Of a stretch of 64,000 nt of DNA, positions 49,465 through 59,352 are shown one piece after another; the first letter of the stretch is position 1; the number at the start of each line of letters is the position of its first letter. The notes below the pieces were generated by a model that saw nothing but the letters and a program-made list of their open reading frames with translations, made no database searches and was not told where the DNA came from. Source of the DNA: Ilumatobacteraceae bacterium (GTDB taxonomy: Bacteria > Actinomycetota > Acidimicrobiia > Acidimicrobiales > Ilumatobacteraceae); contig CAVURC010000019.1 in assembly GCA_963743825.1 (NCBI GenBank), forward strand, positions 37,858 to 101,857, read 5' to 3'. A program made the translations under genes and the position numbers.

Positions 49465-50228
49465 CCGACCTCGACAGCGCGGTCTCGCGTCCGGGCCCAT
49501 CGCCCCGAAACGTCGGCGCCGCGACAGCGGTCGGGTTGTCGTATCGCGTCGTGCTGCGGCAGTTGACGAGTCGGGGCCGGATCATCGGGTTGAGTCTCCT
49601 GGCACTGATCGCACCAGTGTCGGCGTGGGCGCTGGGGAGGTCGGACCCCTCGCTCGACGACGCGGTGAACCTCGTGGCGAGCGTCGGGTTCGCCCTGGTG
49701 CTGCCGATCGTCGCCCTCGTCTTCGGCGGCGCCGCTCTGGGCGAACTCCGCGAGGACAAGACCCTGGTGTACCTGTGGTTGCGGCCGATGGACCGCTGGC
49801 CGATCGTCGTCGGTGCTGCCTGCGCAGCAGCGACCATTGCCGCACCCATCACGTTGATCTCGATCGTGCTCGCCGCAGTGCTCACCGGGGCCGGCAACGG
49901 GATCGTCGCCGGCACGCTGCTGGCGACAGTGGTCGGCCTGATCGCCTACGTGAGCGTGTTCACACTGTTCGGTGTGTGGCTCAAACGTTTCATCGTGTGG
50001 GGTCTGGCCTACATCTTGATCTGGGAGGGGTTCATCGCGCAGGCCGGACCCGGCGTCGCTCGGGTCGCCCTGCGCAAGTACACGCGATCGATCGTGGTCG
50101 ATCGCACGGGCGCCGACCTCGACCTCGCGGACTTCTCACTCACGATGGGGGTCGTCGTCCCCCTCGTCGTGGCCGTTGCGGCCCTGGCGATTGCGGCATG
50201 GCGGCTGTCGAACCAGGACATCGACTGA
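49461..50228 (+). CDS. ABC-2 type transporter permease (unit 2)
   Basis: Six TM helices. ATGA overlap. Confidence 0.7.
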   Translation: MTDLDSAVSRPGPSPRNVGAATAVGLSYRVVLRQLTSRGRIIGLSLLALIAPVSAWALGRSDPSLDDAVNLVASVGFALVLPIVALVFGGAALGELREDKTLVYLWLRPMDRWPIVVGAACAAATIAAPITLISIVLAAVLTGAGNGIVAGTLLATVVGLIAYVSVFTLFGVWLKRFIVWGLAYILIWEGFIAQAGPGVARVALRKYTRSIVVDRTGADLDLADFSLTMGVVVPLVVAVAALAIAAWRLSNQDID

Positions 50229-50250
50229 CCGTGGACGATTCCGAGGCATC

Positions 50251-51168
50251 GTGAAGCGGCCGCTTCGTCTCGGCCACCAGCTCTCCGGACGAGTGAAGGG
50301 TTCACCTGTGAACGCTGCTCGACGAGCGGAGGAGCTCGGTTTCGACATCGTGCTCGTGGCCGACCATGTCGGAACCGGGATGGCGCCGCTGCCGACGCTC
50401 GCGGCCATCGCCGCTGCGACGACCACGATCCGTCTCGGCACGATGGTGCTCAACAACGACATGCGCAACCCGGTGCAGCTCGCCTGGGAGGTGGCATCGA
50501 TCGACGCGTTGTCGAACGGGCGCTTCGAACTCGGCCTCGGGGCCGGTCACACACCCCAGGAGTACGTCGCAACAGGCGTCGAGCGCTCGGCTGCCTTCGT
50601 GCGCAAACAGCGACTCGCCGAGAGCGTCGAGATCATTCGTGCCCTCCTCGACGGTGAGACGGTCGACCACGACGGCGAGCACTACCAGGTCGAGCGAGCC
50701 CACATCGATCGATCGACCCAGCAGCATCTCCCCATTCTCGTCGGGGGAAATGGTGAGGCGTTGCTCACCCATGCCGGAGCCCACGCCGACCTCGTCGGCC
50801 TTCAGGGTCTTGGCCGAACGCTCGAGGACGGTCACTCGCACACGGTGGATTGGCGCTCGGCTCACCTCGACGAACAATTGGCGCACGTGCGTGACGGAGC
50901 CGGCGAGCGGTTCGACGAGCTCGAGTTCAACGCCCTGGTGCAGGTGGTCCAGATCACCCACGACCGCGACGCCGCACTCGCGGAGATCTGCGAACGAGTC
51001 GAGGGTCTCACGATGGACGATGCCCATGCCACGCCCTACCTGCTCGTCGGCACCGTCGACGAGATCGTCGAGCACATGCTGACGTGCAACGAGCGGTGGG
51101 GGATCAACTACTTTGCCGTGCGCGAACTCGACGAGTTCGAACCGGTTCTGAAGGCCCTCGATCGCTGA
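50251..51168 (+). CDS. LLM-class (luciferase-like) flavin/F420-dependent oxidoreductase
   Basis: TIM-barrel LLM motifs (GFDIVLVADH, RFELGLGAGH). Confidence 0.75.
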   Translation: MKRPLRLGHQLSGRVKGSPVNAARRAEELGFDIVLVADHVGTGMAPLPTLAAIAAATTTIRLGTMVLNNDMRNPVQLAWEVASIDALSNGRFELGLGAGHTPQEYVATGVERSAAFVRKQRLAESVEIIRALLDGETVDHDGEHYQVERAHIDRSTQQHLPILVGGNGEALLTHAGAHADLVGLQGLGRTLEDGHSHTVDWRSAHLDEQLAHVRDGAGERFDELEFNALVQVVQITHDRDAALAEICERVEGLTMDDAHATPYLLVGTVDEIVEHMLTCNERWGINYFAVRELDEFEPVLKALDR

Positions 51169-51208
51169 AACTCCGCCGTTCATCGCCCGCGTCGTCGTCG
51201 CCGGTCCC

Positions 51209-51568
51209 TCAGTGGGTCGCGATGCAGAACTCGTTGCCCTCGGGATCGGTGAGCGTCGTCCACGAGAAACCGAACTCGTTCTTCTCGTACACGGCGGTGG
51301 CACCGAGACCGATGAGGCGCTCGACCTCGGCCGCACGGTCGACCGCGCCGAGGTCGAGGTGCACCCGGTTCTTCGCCGTCTTGCCCTCGGGCACCTGGAT
51401 GAACATCATCGTCGGGGCGCCACCATCACCCGGGATCATGGCGAAGAACTCGCTCGCTGCCATGTCTCCCTCACGCTCGATCGGTCGATCGAGCGCCGCC
51501 GACCAGAACTCAGCGAGCGCTGCGGCGTCGGAACAATCGAACGTGATGGCTGAAACACTCAGGCTCAT
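51209..51568 (-). CDS. VOC (glyoxalase/bleomycin-resistance) family protein
   Basis: 120-aa betaalphabetabetabeta module. ATG 51568. Confidence 0.65.
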   Translation of the reverse strand: MSLSVSAITFDCSDAAALAEFWSAALDRPIEREGDMAASEFFAMIPGDGGAPTMMFIQVPEGKTAKNRVHLDLGAVDRAAEVERLIGLGATAVYEKNEFGFSWTTLTDPEGNEFCIATH

Positions 51569-51613
51569 GGCACCAGTGTCGCACGCTGGATCACCGTCCC
51601 GATCCACGCGGGC

Positions 51614-52837
51614 TCAGGCGGCGGCGCGGGTCTTGCGGAGGATCGGGTCGACGAGGCCGAGGGTCTTGTCGGCGAACGTCATGACTCGCCCCGCGGCGCC
51701 CGGAGTGGTGTTGTCGACGAGGTTGCCCATCACGGCGAGCGTGATGTTGGCGATGGCGTCGGTGCTGACCGACAGTCGGAGGCCCGGCTTGAGGATCCAG
51801 GGGTGCCCGATGAGGAACGAGAATCGGCGGCCAGTGCGCAGGAACCCGTCGAACCGCTCGCCGACCAACTGGTCGTAGCGCGCCGGTGCGGTTGCCGGAT
51901 CAGCGAGGAAGAGATCAGCCGCGAGCATGCCCGACTCGAGCCCGTAGTCGATGCCTTCGCCGTTCATCGGGTTGACGAGCCCAGCGGCGTCACCGATTGC
52001 CACCCATCCCGGTCCGTGGCGTCGTTGCGTCGACATCGGCAGGCGCCATGCCCGCGGGCGTTCGAGGTTGGGGCCGAGATCCCAGTCGTCGCGCACGAGA
52101 TGGCGGTACGACTCCAGCAGCGTGTTCAGGTTGAGCTTCTTGAAGCCCTTCATGGTCGACAGCGCGCCGACGCCGATGTTGACCGTGCCGTCGCCGGCGG
52201 GGAACATCCAGCCGTAGCCCGGGATCGCCGTACCGTTCTCGTCCTTCAGCGACAGGCACGCTTCGAGGTGGGCATCGGTGTGTCGAGGTGTCGCTGCATA
52301 GGTGCGGATCGCCAGGCCGAACGGCTCATCCGGCACTCGCTCGGCGCCGAGCATCCGAGCAACGGCACCTTGCGCGCCGGCAGCGACGACGGTGAGGTCG
52401 GCCTCGATGGTGCGGCCGGCTGCGACGACTCCGGTGACCCGACCGTTGTCGATGATCGGTGTGGCCTCGGTTTCGTAGACGAGCTCCGCACCGGCGTGCG
52501 CGGCGGCGTCCATCAGTGCTGCATCGAGTCGGCGGCGTGGCCACACGGCACCATGGTTGGGGAAGCGATCCGTGGTGGGCCAGTCGAGTTCGCGCACCTG
52601 CTTGCCCGCGATCATGCGCAGGCCCCGGATGTGGTGGGCGTCGTCGAGTGGGATCTTCAGTTCGTTCAGTGCGCCGACGGCACGGGGGGTGAGTCCGTCA
52701 CCGCACACCTTGTCGCGTCCGTGCGCACCCTTCTCGAACACCACGACCCTGGCGCCTGACCGAGCGGCCCGAATCGCCGTCGCGGCACCTGCGGGTCCGG
52801 CCCCGATCACGGCGATGTCGACTCGTTCGGAATTCAC
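51614..52837 (-). CDS. geranylgeranyl reductase family FAD-dependent oxidoreductase
   Basis: DIAVIGAGPAGA FAD motif, GDAAGLVNPMNGEGI. GTG 52837 with a GGAGG RBS. Confidence 0.8.
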   Translation of the reverse strand: MNSERVDIAVIGAGPAGAATAIRAARSGARVVVFEKGAHGRDKVCGDGLTPRAVGALNELKIPLDDAHHIRGLRMIAGKQVRELDWPTTDRFPNHGAVWPRRRLDAALMDAAAHAGAELVYETEATPIIDNGRVTGVVAAGRTIEADLTVVAAGAQGAVARMLGAERVPDEPFGLAIRTYAATPRHTDAHLEACLSLKDENGTAIPGYGWMFPAGDGTVNIGVGALSTMKGFKKLNLNTLLESYRHLVRDDWDLGPNLERPRAWRLPMSTQRRHGPGWVAIGDAAGLVNPMNGEGIDYGLESGMLAADLFLADPATAPARYDQLVGERFDGFLRTGRRFSFLIGHPWILKPGLRLSVSTDAIANITLAVMGNLVDNTTPGAAGRVMTFADKTLGLVDPILRKTRAAA

Positions 52838-52907
52838 GCCTCCACGCTGCCGGAACTTCGGCAGAAAAGCACGATCGAGCCCCTGTCCGACCCCCGTCAC
52901 CACCACG

Positions 52908-52957
52908 GTTTGCGTTGCAGTTCTGTTGGGATGTCCCAACGAGATCGCGCCGCAAAC
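52908..52957. promoter_or_regulatory. nested 50-bp dyad: GTTTGCG-N10-GTTGGGA-TG-TCCCAAC-N10-CGCAAAC in a divergent promoter
   Basis: Inner 7-2-7 perfect palindrome and outer 7-bp inverted repeats share the same centre (52932/52933). Confidence 0.5.
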
Positions 52958-53062
52958 GTGTTGCTCGGCGTGAGTTCCGGGATGACGAACGACGTACCGA
53001 TCGGTGGCGAACGCCTCGCCAACGGCGCGACAATCGCACGCAGCAACGAGAGGAATCCCACC

Positions 53063-53833
53063 ATGTCCCAGGTCATCACCCCGTACATCTGCGTTCGCGA
53101 TGCGACCGCCGCCATCGACTGGTACCGAGACCACTTCGGAGCCACGGTCACCAACGTCATTCCATGGGAGGGCCGAGTTGGTCACGCCGAGGTCGACGTG
53201 TCGGGAGCGGTCTTCTACCTGAGCGACGAGGCGCCGCAGCTCGGCGTCGTCGCGCCGGATGGTGACGGCTCGCGCACCTCGGTGAGCATCGTCGTCCAGG
53301 TCGCAGCCGTGGACGAGTTCGTCGCCCGCGCTGTCGCAGGCGGCGCTGTGGTACAGCGTGGTATCGAAGAGGCACACGGTTCGCGCAGCGCGTGGATCGT
53401 CGACCCGTTCGGGCATCGCTGGAATGTGGGCACGCCGACGTACACGCCTGAGCAGTTGGCGGATCGCCGTGCGCCGTCCGAGCCCTACTACATGACGCTG
53501 ACGTCCCCCGACGTCGAACGGGGCGCAGCGTTCTACGGAGCGGTGCTGGGCTGGGAGTTCGCCGAGCCCCACAACGGTGGACGCCACGTCACCAACACCG
53601 ACATGCCGATCGGCCTTCGCCCGACCGAGAATCAGTTCGGTGACACCTCCCCGGGACAGATCGAGATGTGGTTCACGGTCCGCGACTTCGACGACGCCGT
53701 CGAGCGGGTGCGTATCGCCGGCGGCACCGTCGTGTCCGTCAGTTCGTACGACTCCGGCCGCGAGGCGGTCTGCGAGGACGACCAGGGCGTGGGGTTCAAG
53801 TTGAGCGAACCGGCGCCGGGCTACGACCGTTGA
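53063..53833 (+). CDS. two-domain VOC family protein (PhnB/glyoxalase-like)
   Basis: Two tandem VOC modules. ATG 53063 with a GAGAGGAA RBS. Confidence 0.7.
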   Translation: MSQVITPYICVRDATAAIDWYRDHFGATVTNVIPWEGRVGHAEVDVSGAVFYLSDEAPQLGVVAPDGDGSRTSVSIVVQVAAVDEFVARAVAGGAVVQRGIEEAHGSRSAWIVDPFGHRWNVGTPTYTPEQLADRRAPSEPYYMTLTSPDVERGAAFYGAVLGWEFAEPHNGGRHVTNTDMPIGLRPTENQFGDTSPGQIEMWFTVRDFDDAVERVRIAGGTVVSVSSYDSGREAVCEDDQGVGFKLSEPAPGYDR

Positions 53834-53870
53834 CCGACCTCGTCGCCCGGCGCGAGTGATCTCGCGACAG

Positions 53871-55073
53871 TCAGATCAGGGCGCCGTACACGAGGGTCTT
53901 CAGCTGGCCGCGGAAGTTGAACGTGCCCGACGGCAGTAGCTGCGTCATGAACACCACGGCGAGCCGCTCCACCGGATCGACCCAGAAGGCGGTCGACGCG
54001 GCGCCGCCCCACATGAACTCGCCCGGCGAGCCGACGACGCCCGACGCCCCGGGGCCTCTCGACACAGCCACGGTGAGGCCGAAGCCGTTGCCGGCGAACC
54101 CGACCTCGCCGTAGCCCATGGGCAGGGCGAGGTCGGTCATCTCCGCGTCGCCCGCCAGGTGGTTGCACGTCATCAGCTCGAGTGTCTTGCGCGACAGCAC
54201 GCGTTCGCCGTCGAGTTCGCCGCCATTGGCCAGCATCGTGCAGAAGCGCACGTAGTCAGCGGTCGATCCGACGAGACCGCCGCCGCCGTTCAGCAGCCGC
54301 GGCGGTCGGAGGTACGTACTGGTTGCCGGGGCGTCGACGAGGACCAGTTCCTTGCGGGCGTTGCGGCCGTAACACGCGGCGAACCGGTCGACCTTCGCCT
54401 CGGGCACGAAGAAGCCGGTGTCGACCATCCCGAGCGGATCGAAGATGCTGGTGCGCAGGTACTCGTCGAAGCGCTGGCCGGACATGATCTCCACCAGCCG
54501 GGCGGCGACGTCCATGCCGTGCGAGTAGAGCCAGTGCGTGCCCGGCTGGAAGCGCAGCGGCCACTCGCCCATGGTGGCCGCCATCGTGGCCAAATCGTGG
54601 TCGGCCAGCCAGCTGCGCTCGCCCAGCAGTAGGTCGCCGTTCTCGTACCCGTACCCGATACCGGACGTGTGCGTGAGGATGTCGCGGACCGTCGGCGGTC
54701 GATGTGCCGGCACGATGTGCATCCCGCCGTTCGGGTCCGGTTCGCGTACGGTCATGTTCTTCCACTCGGGGATCCACCGTTCGACGGGATCGTCGAGTTG
54801 GAAGTGGCCCCGCTCGTAGAGGGTCATCATCGCGACGCCGGTGACGGGCTTGGTCATGGAGTACAGCCGCCAGATGGTGTCGTCACCGACAGGCACCGCG
54901 AGTTCGCGGTCGCGAACACCCCAGCTCCGCCGGTAGCCGAGCACGCCGTCGCGCACGATGGCCACCTCGGCGCCCGCGATCTTGCCCGGCTCGATGTAGC
55001 GGCTCACCATGTGCTCGTCGATGCGCCCCAGTCTCGAGTCATCCAGTCCTGCAGCCATCGCGTCAATGATCAT
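53871..55073 (-). CDS. serine hydrolase, beta-lactamase/transpeptidase-like (class C family)
   Basis: SMTK (S-x-x-K) motif, YSH, HTSG. Confidence 0.8.
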   Translation of the reverse strand: MIIDAMAAGLDDSRLGRIDEHMVSRYIEPGKIAGAEVAIVRDGVLGYRRSWGVRDRELAVPVGDDTIWRLYSMTKPVTGVAMMTLYERGHFQLDDPVERWIPEWKNMTVREPDPNGGMHIVPAHRPPTVRDILTHTSGIGYGYENGDLLLGERSWLADHDLATMAATMGEWPLRFQPGTHWLYSHGMDVAARLVEIMSGQRFDEYLRTSIFDPLGMVDTGFFVPEAKVDRFAACYGRNARKELVLVDAPATSTYLRPPRLLNGGGGLVGSTADYVRFCTMLANGGELDGERVLSRKTLELMTCNHLAGDAEMTDLALPMGYGEVGFAGNGFGLTVAVSRGPGASGVVGSPGEFMWGGAASTAFWVDPVERLAVVFMTQLLPSGTFNFRGQLKTLVYGALI

Positions 55074-55235
55074 GTGATTTCCCCCAGCTCGATGTCGGCG
55101 CCCACCCTGGCACGGCGGCGTGCGGGCGGACGACTCGTCCGGCTCGGGCGATCATCTCGGATCGGCCACATCTGGCGGGATGCGAACGTCTCCGGCGAAG
55201 TGGACTCGGAAGGCGGGTCATCTCCACGCCATGAC

Positions 55236-55769
55236 TCAACCGGGCACGATGACGCCACAAGCGATACGTCCGCCGCTGCCGCCGGTCGGATCAGTGACGA
55301 GGTCGTCCGCAAGCGCATGCACGATGACCGCCGAGCCATTGGCGTCGAACACCGACAGCGGCCCCCCGCTGAGCGTGGCGTGGTCGGTCGTGGCGTTGAC
55401 GGTGCCGTTCCCGGCGATGTTCACGCGGAGGTTCGGCAGGTCCCCGGCGTGAGCGCCGTGCAGGGCACCGAGTGGGTTGTGATGCCCGCCCGCACCCGAG
55501 AAGGCACCGGCGCCGGACGTGCAGCTGCCGACCGCGTGGATGTGGATCCCATGCTGTCCTGCCGTGAGGCCGGCCACCTTGACGTTGACGTGCAGCGACC
55601 CATGGGCGTCTTCGACGAGGCGGACCGTGCCCACCTGGACGCCCCGAGAGTCGGCCAGCCTGGCCGAGGCATGGAGCGCTCCGTCCCTGGCATCGACGGG
55701 TGCGATCGTCGCGGCGACTCCCGCCGCGGTGATCGCCAACGCTGCAGTGAGGATTCTGGTGATCTTCAT
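55236..55769 (-). CDS. sodC: Cu/Zn superoxide dismutase, secreted
   Basis: Signal peptide. Cu/Zn ligands HIHAVGSC...HNP...HAGD...HALADD. AAGGAGA RBS. Confidence 0.85.
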   Translation of the reverse strand: MKITRILTAALAITAAGVAATIAPVDARDGALHASARLADSRGVQVGTVRLVEDAHGSLHVNVKVAGLTAGQHGIHIHAVGSCTSGAGAFSGAGGHHNPLGALHGAHAGDLPNLRVNIAGNGTVNATTDHATLSGGPLSVFDANGSAVIVHALADDLVTDPTGGSGGRIACGVIVPG

Positions 55770-55825
55770 GTGTGTCTCCTTCTGGTTGCCGGTTACCGGT
55801 TGCTGGTTGTGCTGTGAGGTCGTGG

Positions 55826-56479
55826 TCAGCCGAGCCCGACCGACGTGCCGGCGGCGAACAACACCAGCAGTGCTGTCGAAACGAGGACGAGGATCTTGAC
55901 GGGGCGGCGCATCCGCCAGCCGTCGTCGATCGGCGCGGCGACGGCGTTCAGGCTCCGGACGATCACGGTGTAGGTGGCGACCATCAGCACCACCCCGAGG
56001 AGCACTCCTACGGTGAGGCCATTGCCCACGAGGTCGGCGCCAATGATGATCGGAACGGGAATCGCGAGCACTGCGAACACGACGCGGACGGCTCGCGGCC
56101 AGTCGGTGCGAGCGCTCGCCACCGTCGCCCCGAAGACCGTGGGCAACATCATTGCGCCGGCGCCGGCGAAGATCGGCATTGTCAGCACTGCGGCCAGCAC
56201 CCGCGCGGCCGTGCTCCACCGTCGCTGCACACGTGCCCGTCGTGCTGCCCAGGCCACCCCGTGCCCGGCACCAGCGACGGTGAAGGCGAGGACGATGAAG
56301 ATCGTGCCGCCCCAGGAGAATTCCGGATCGTCGCTGATGAGCCGCATCCAGCAACGAGCCACGACGCCGAGCGCCGCGCCGGCGATCGGGGCCACGAGCA
56401 CGATCCACCACGCCGACGCACGTCCCCCGACGGGTCGGGTCCCGGGTTCGATCACCGAGAGGTCGTCGAGTGCAGGCAT
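55826..56479 (-). CDS. hypothetical integral membrane protein
   Basis: 5-6 TM helices. Start uncertain; the ORF opens at 56542. Confidence 0.45.
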   Translation of the reverse strand: MPALDDLSVIEPGTRPVGGRASAWWIVLVAPIAGAALGVVARCWMRLISDDPEFSWGGTIFIVLAFTVAGAGHGVAWAARRARVQRRWSTAARVLAAVLTMPIFAGAGAMMLPTVFGATVASARTDWPRAVRVVFAVLAIPVPIIIGADLVGNGLTVGVLLGVVLMVATYTVIVRSLNAVAAPIDDGWRMRRPVKILVLVSTALLVLFAAGTSVGLG

Positions 56480-56624
56480 GTTCAGACAGACGGTGCAGAG
56501 ACGCCGACGGGTGACGCCCGTGACATGTGGCCCACGTGTCACCCGTGCGCCCGCTTCGTTCGTCTATCCGGGTCTGCTCGCCCGGGGCGCCACGGTCATG
56601 GCGCCGATACGAATCGACTTGGCG

Positions 56625-57770
56625 TCAGTACTCGAGTTGGCCGGCGAGGGATTCGACGGCCTCGATGAACTCCTCGACCATCTCGATGACCACCTGGCCC
56701 GCCGACTTGGGCTGGTTCATCGAGCCGACGATCTGGCCCACGAAGTAGTTGGCGAGCTTCTCGGCGCCGGAACCGTGGGTGTAGGCCGCCCGGTTGATGC
56801 GTGCCTGCGCCTCGTTGGTGAGGATCGGCTGGAGTGGCATGCCGAGCGGATCCGGCGTGTCGGGGCGGTCCCACTCCTCGGTCCATGCCGACTTGAGCAT
56901 TCGGGCGTGCTTGCCGGTCAGCGAGCGTGAGCGGATCGTGTCGGCCGACGTGGCGGCGAGGAACTTCTGCTTCACGACGGGATGCGTCTCGGCCTCGTCG
57001 GTCGTCAACCACACCGAGCCGCACCACACCCCCTGCGCGCCGAGCGCCATCGCCGCCGCCATCTGGCGACCGCGACCGATGCCACCGGCACCGAGCACAG
57101 GGATGTCGACGGCGTCGACGATCTCGGGGATCAGCACCATCGAGCCGATTTCGCCGGTGTGCCCACCGGCCTCGGAGCCCTGGGCGATGATGATGTCGAC
57201 GCCGGCGGCCTGATGGCGTTCCGCGTGCTGCGGCCGACCGGCGAGCGCGCCGATCAAGCGTCCCTCCTCCTTCACCCGGTCGATGAGGAACTGCGGCGGC
57301 GGGCCGAGCGCGTTGGCCACGAATGCCGTCTTGTGGGCGAGCGAGATCTCCAGCTGTGGCCCCGCAGCGGCCGCACTGAACGGGGCGACCCCGTTGTGGC
57401 CGGCGGTCGAACGACCGCTCGATCGTTCCTCGTCGGGTGGGAACTCCGGCACGTCGTAGCGCCGCAGGATGTCGGCGACGAACTCGCGGTGGGTGTCGGG
57501 AATCAGGGCCCTGATGTCGTCGAGCGTGTAGCCGCCGCCTTCGTCGCCGGCGTACTTGGCCGGAACGATCAGGTCGACACCGTACGGCCGGTTGCCGATC
57601 TCGGCCTCGATCCAGGCCAGGTCGATCTCGAGCTGCTCGGGCGAGTGGGCGACGGCGCCGAGGACTCCGAGACCGCCCGCCTTGGAAACGGCGGCGACGA
57701 CGTCACGGCAGTGACTGAAGGCGAAGATCGGGAACTCGATGTCGAGCATCTCGGTGGCGGCGGTTTTCAT
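56625..57770 (-). CDS. nitronate monooxygenase (NMO / 2-nitropropane dioxygenase-like) FMN oxidoreductase
   Basis: MLDIEFPIFAFSH, AGGHTG. ATG 57770 with an AGGAGA RBS. Confidence 0.8.
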   Translation of the reverse strand: MKTAATEMLDIEFPIFAFSHCRDVVAAVSKAGGLGVLGAVAHSPEQLEIDLAWIEAEIGNRPYGVDLIVPAKYAGDEGGGYTLDDIRALIPDTHREFVADILRRYDVPEFPPDEERSSGRSTAGHNGVAPFSAAAAGPQLEISLAHKTAFVANALGPPPQFLIDRVKEEGRLIGALAGRPQHAERHQAAGVDIIIAQGSEAGGHTGEIGSMVLIPEIVDAVDIPVLGAGGIGRGRQMAAAMALGAQGVWCGSVWLTTDEAETHPVVKQKFLAATSADTIRSRSLTGKHARMLKSAWTEEWDRPDTPDPLGMPLQPILTNEAQARINRAAYTHGSGAEKLANYFVGQIVGSMNQPKSAGQVVIEMVEEFIEAVESLAGQLEY

Positions 57771-57930
57771 CTGGTCTCCTGACGGCGAGGTGAACGTCTC
57801 CATTGTGACCGCACCGCTGCCCGGCGGACGAAGCCGCATCGGGCCCGGGCCGCCCCGCCTCGACGGGAACGGGCGTACGCTGGACACCGGTCGTCATACC
57901 GGCGACCGCATCTATCAGGAGCGATAACTC

Positions 57931-59304
57931 ATGTCCGTGACCGACTCGACAACAACGTCAGAGCTCGTCGCCAGGGCGAAAGAGATCACCGAGCGTGAGC
58001 TGGCGGTCTACAAGGAACGAACCAAGGGGTCGCAAGCCGCCACCGAGCGCGCTCGCAAGGTCCTCCCCGCCGGTGTGCCATCGAGCTTCCAGGCGTACGA
58101 CCCGCATCCGATCGTCGTGAAGCACGCGTCGGGATCACACATGGTCGACGTCGACGGCAACACCTACGTCGACTACGACATGGGTTTCGGCGCCCTGTTC
58201 GCCGGTCACATGCACCCTGCGGTCCGCCGGGCCGTCGAGGCCCAGCTCGACGATGGCACGCTGTACGTCACGCCGTGTGAGCTCGATGCCGAGGTGGCCG
58301 AGCTGCTCGGCGAGCGCTACGGCTTGCCGATGTGGCGGCCCACGAACTCGGGCACCGAGGCCACGATGGATGCGATCCGTCTCGCCCGCGGCGTCACCAA
58401 GCGCGAGAAGCTCGTCAAGGTCGAGGGCGGCTACCACGGTCACCACGACGAAGTGATGATCTCCAACAAGCCGGCCATCGCCGACGCCGGCCCTGCCGAC
58501 GCTCCGTGGTCGATCCCCCAGTCGGCCGGCATCACGCAGGGCACGATCGACGACGTCATCGTCATCCCCTTCAACGACGCGCCGGCGCTCGAGCGTGCGC
58601 TCGCCAGCCGCGAGGTCGCCTGCTTCATCGTCGAGCCCGTGATGGAGAACATCGGCATCTGCCTTCCCGAACCGGGCTATCTCGAGGCGGTCCGCGAGAT
58701 CTGCACCAGGTACGGCACGCTGCTGATCTTCGACGAGGTCAAGACCGGCATCACCGCCGGCCTCGGCGGAGCGACCAAGAAGCTCGGCGTCACACCCGAC
58801 CTGATCACGCTCGCCAAGTCGATCGGCGGCGGCTTCCCCGTCGGCGCATTCGGCGGCAAGGCCGAGTACATGAACCTGATCACCACGGGCGAAGTGCTCC
58901 ACCTCGGCACCTACAACGGCAACCCACTCGTGATGGCCGCTGCCAAGGCGACACTCACCGAGGCGTGCACGCCCGAGGCGATCGACCGCGCGATCGCCCT
59001 CAACCATCGCTTGGTCGAAGCGTGTCAGAAGATCATCGATGATGCGGGCCTTCCTGCACACACCGTCGAGTTCGGTGCGAAGGGCTGCATCACGTGGTCG
59101 ATCGACCCGGTGCGCAACTACCGCGACTACAAGGCCACCGACTTCGACCTCGCGTTCGCCCAGTGGATGCACGGCATCAATCGCGGCATCCTGCTCCCGC
59201 CGGGTCTCGACGAGCAGTGGCTGATCTCGGTGATGCACACCGAGGCCGACGCCATGCGCTACGCCGACGTGTTCGCCGAGTTCGCTGCCGAACTCACCGC
59301 CTGA
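57931..59304 (+). CDS. class III PLP-dependent aminotransferase (GSA-aminomutase-like)
   Basis: PLP lysine in LLIFDEVKTG. Class III fold. Confidence 0.8.
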   Translation: MSVTDSTTTSELVARAKEITERELAVYKERTKGSQAATERARKVLPAGVPSSFQAYDPHPIVVKHASGSHMVDVDGNTYVDYDMGFGALFAGHMHPAVRRAVEAQLDDGTLYVTPCELDAEVAELLGERYGLPMWRPTNSGTEATMDAIRLARGVTKREKLVKVEGGYHGHHDEVMISNKPAIADAGPADAPWSIPQSAGITQGTIDDVIVIPFNDAPALERALASREVACFIVEPVMENIGICLPEPGYLEAVREICTRYGTLLIFDEVKTGITAGLGGATKKLGVTPDLITLAKSIGGGFPVGAFGGKAEYMNLITTGEVLHLGTYNGNPLVMAAAKATLTEACTPEAIDRAIALNHRLVEACQKIIDDAGLPAHTVEFGAKGCITWSIDPVRNYRDYKATDFDLAFAQWMHGINRGILLPPGLDEQWLISVMHTEADAMRYADVFAEFAAELTA

Positions 59305-59352
59305 CTCGCCTGACCCTGCGCGGCGCCGTCGCCGACTGAGAGACTGCGCGCC

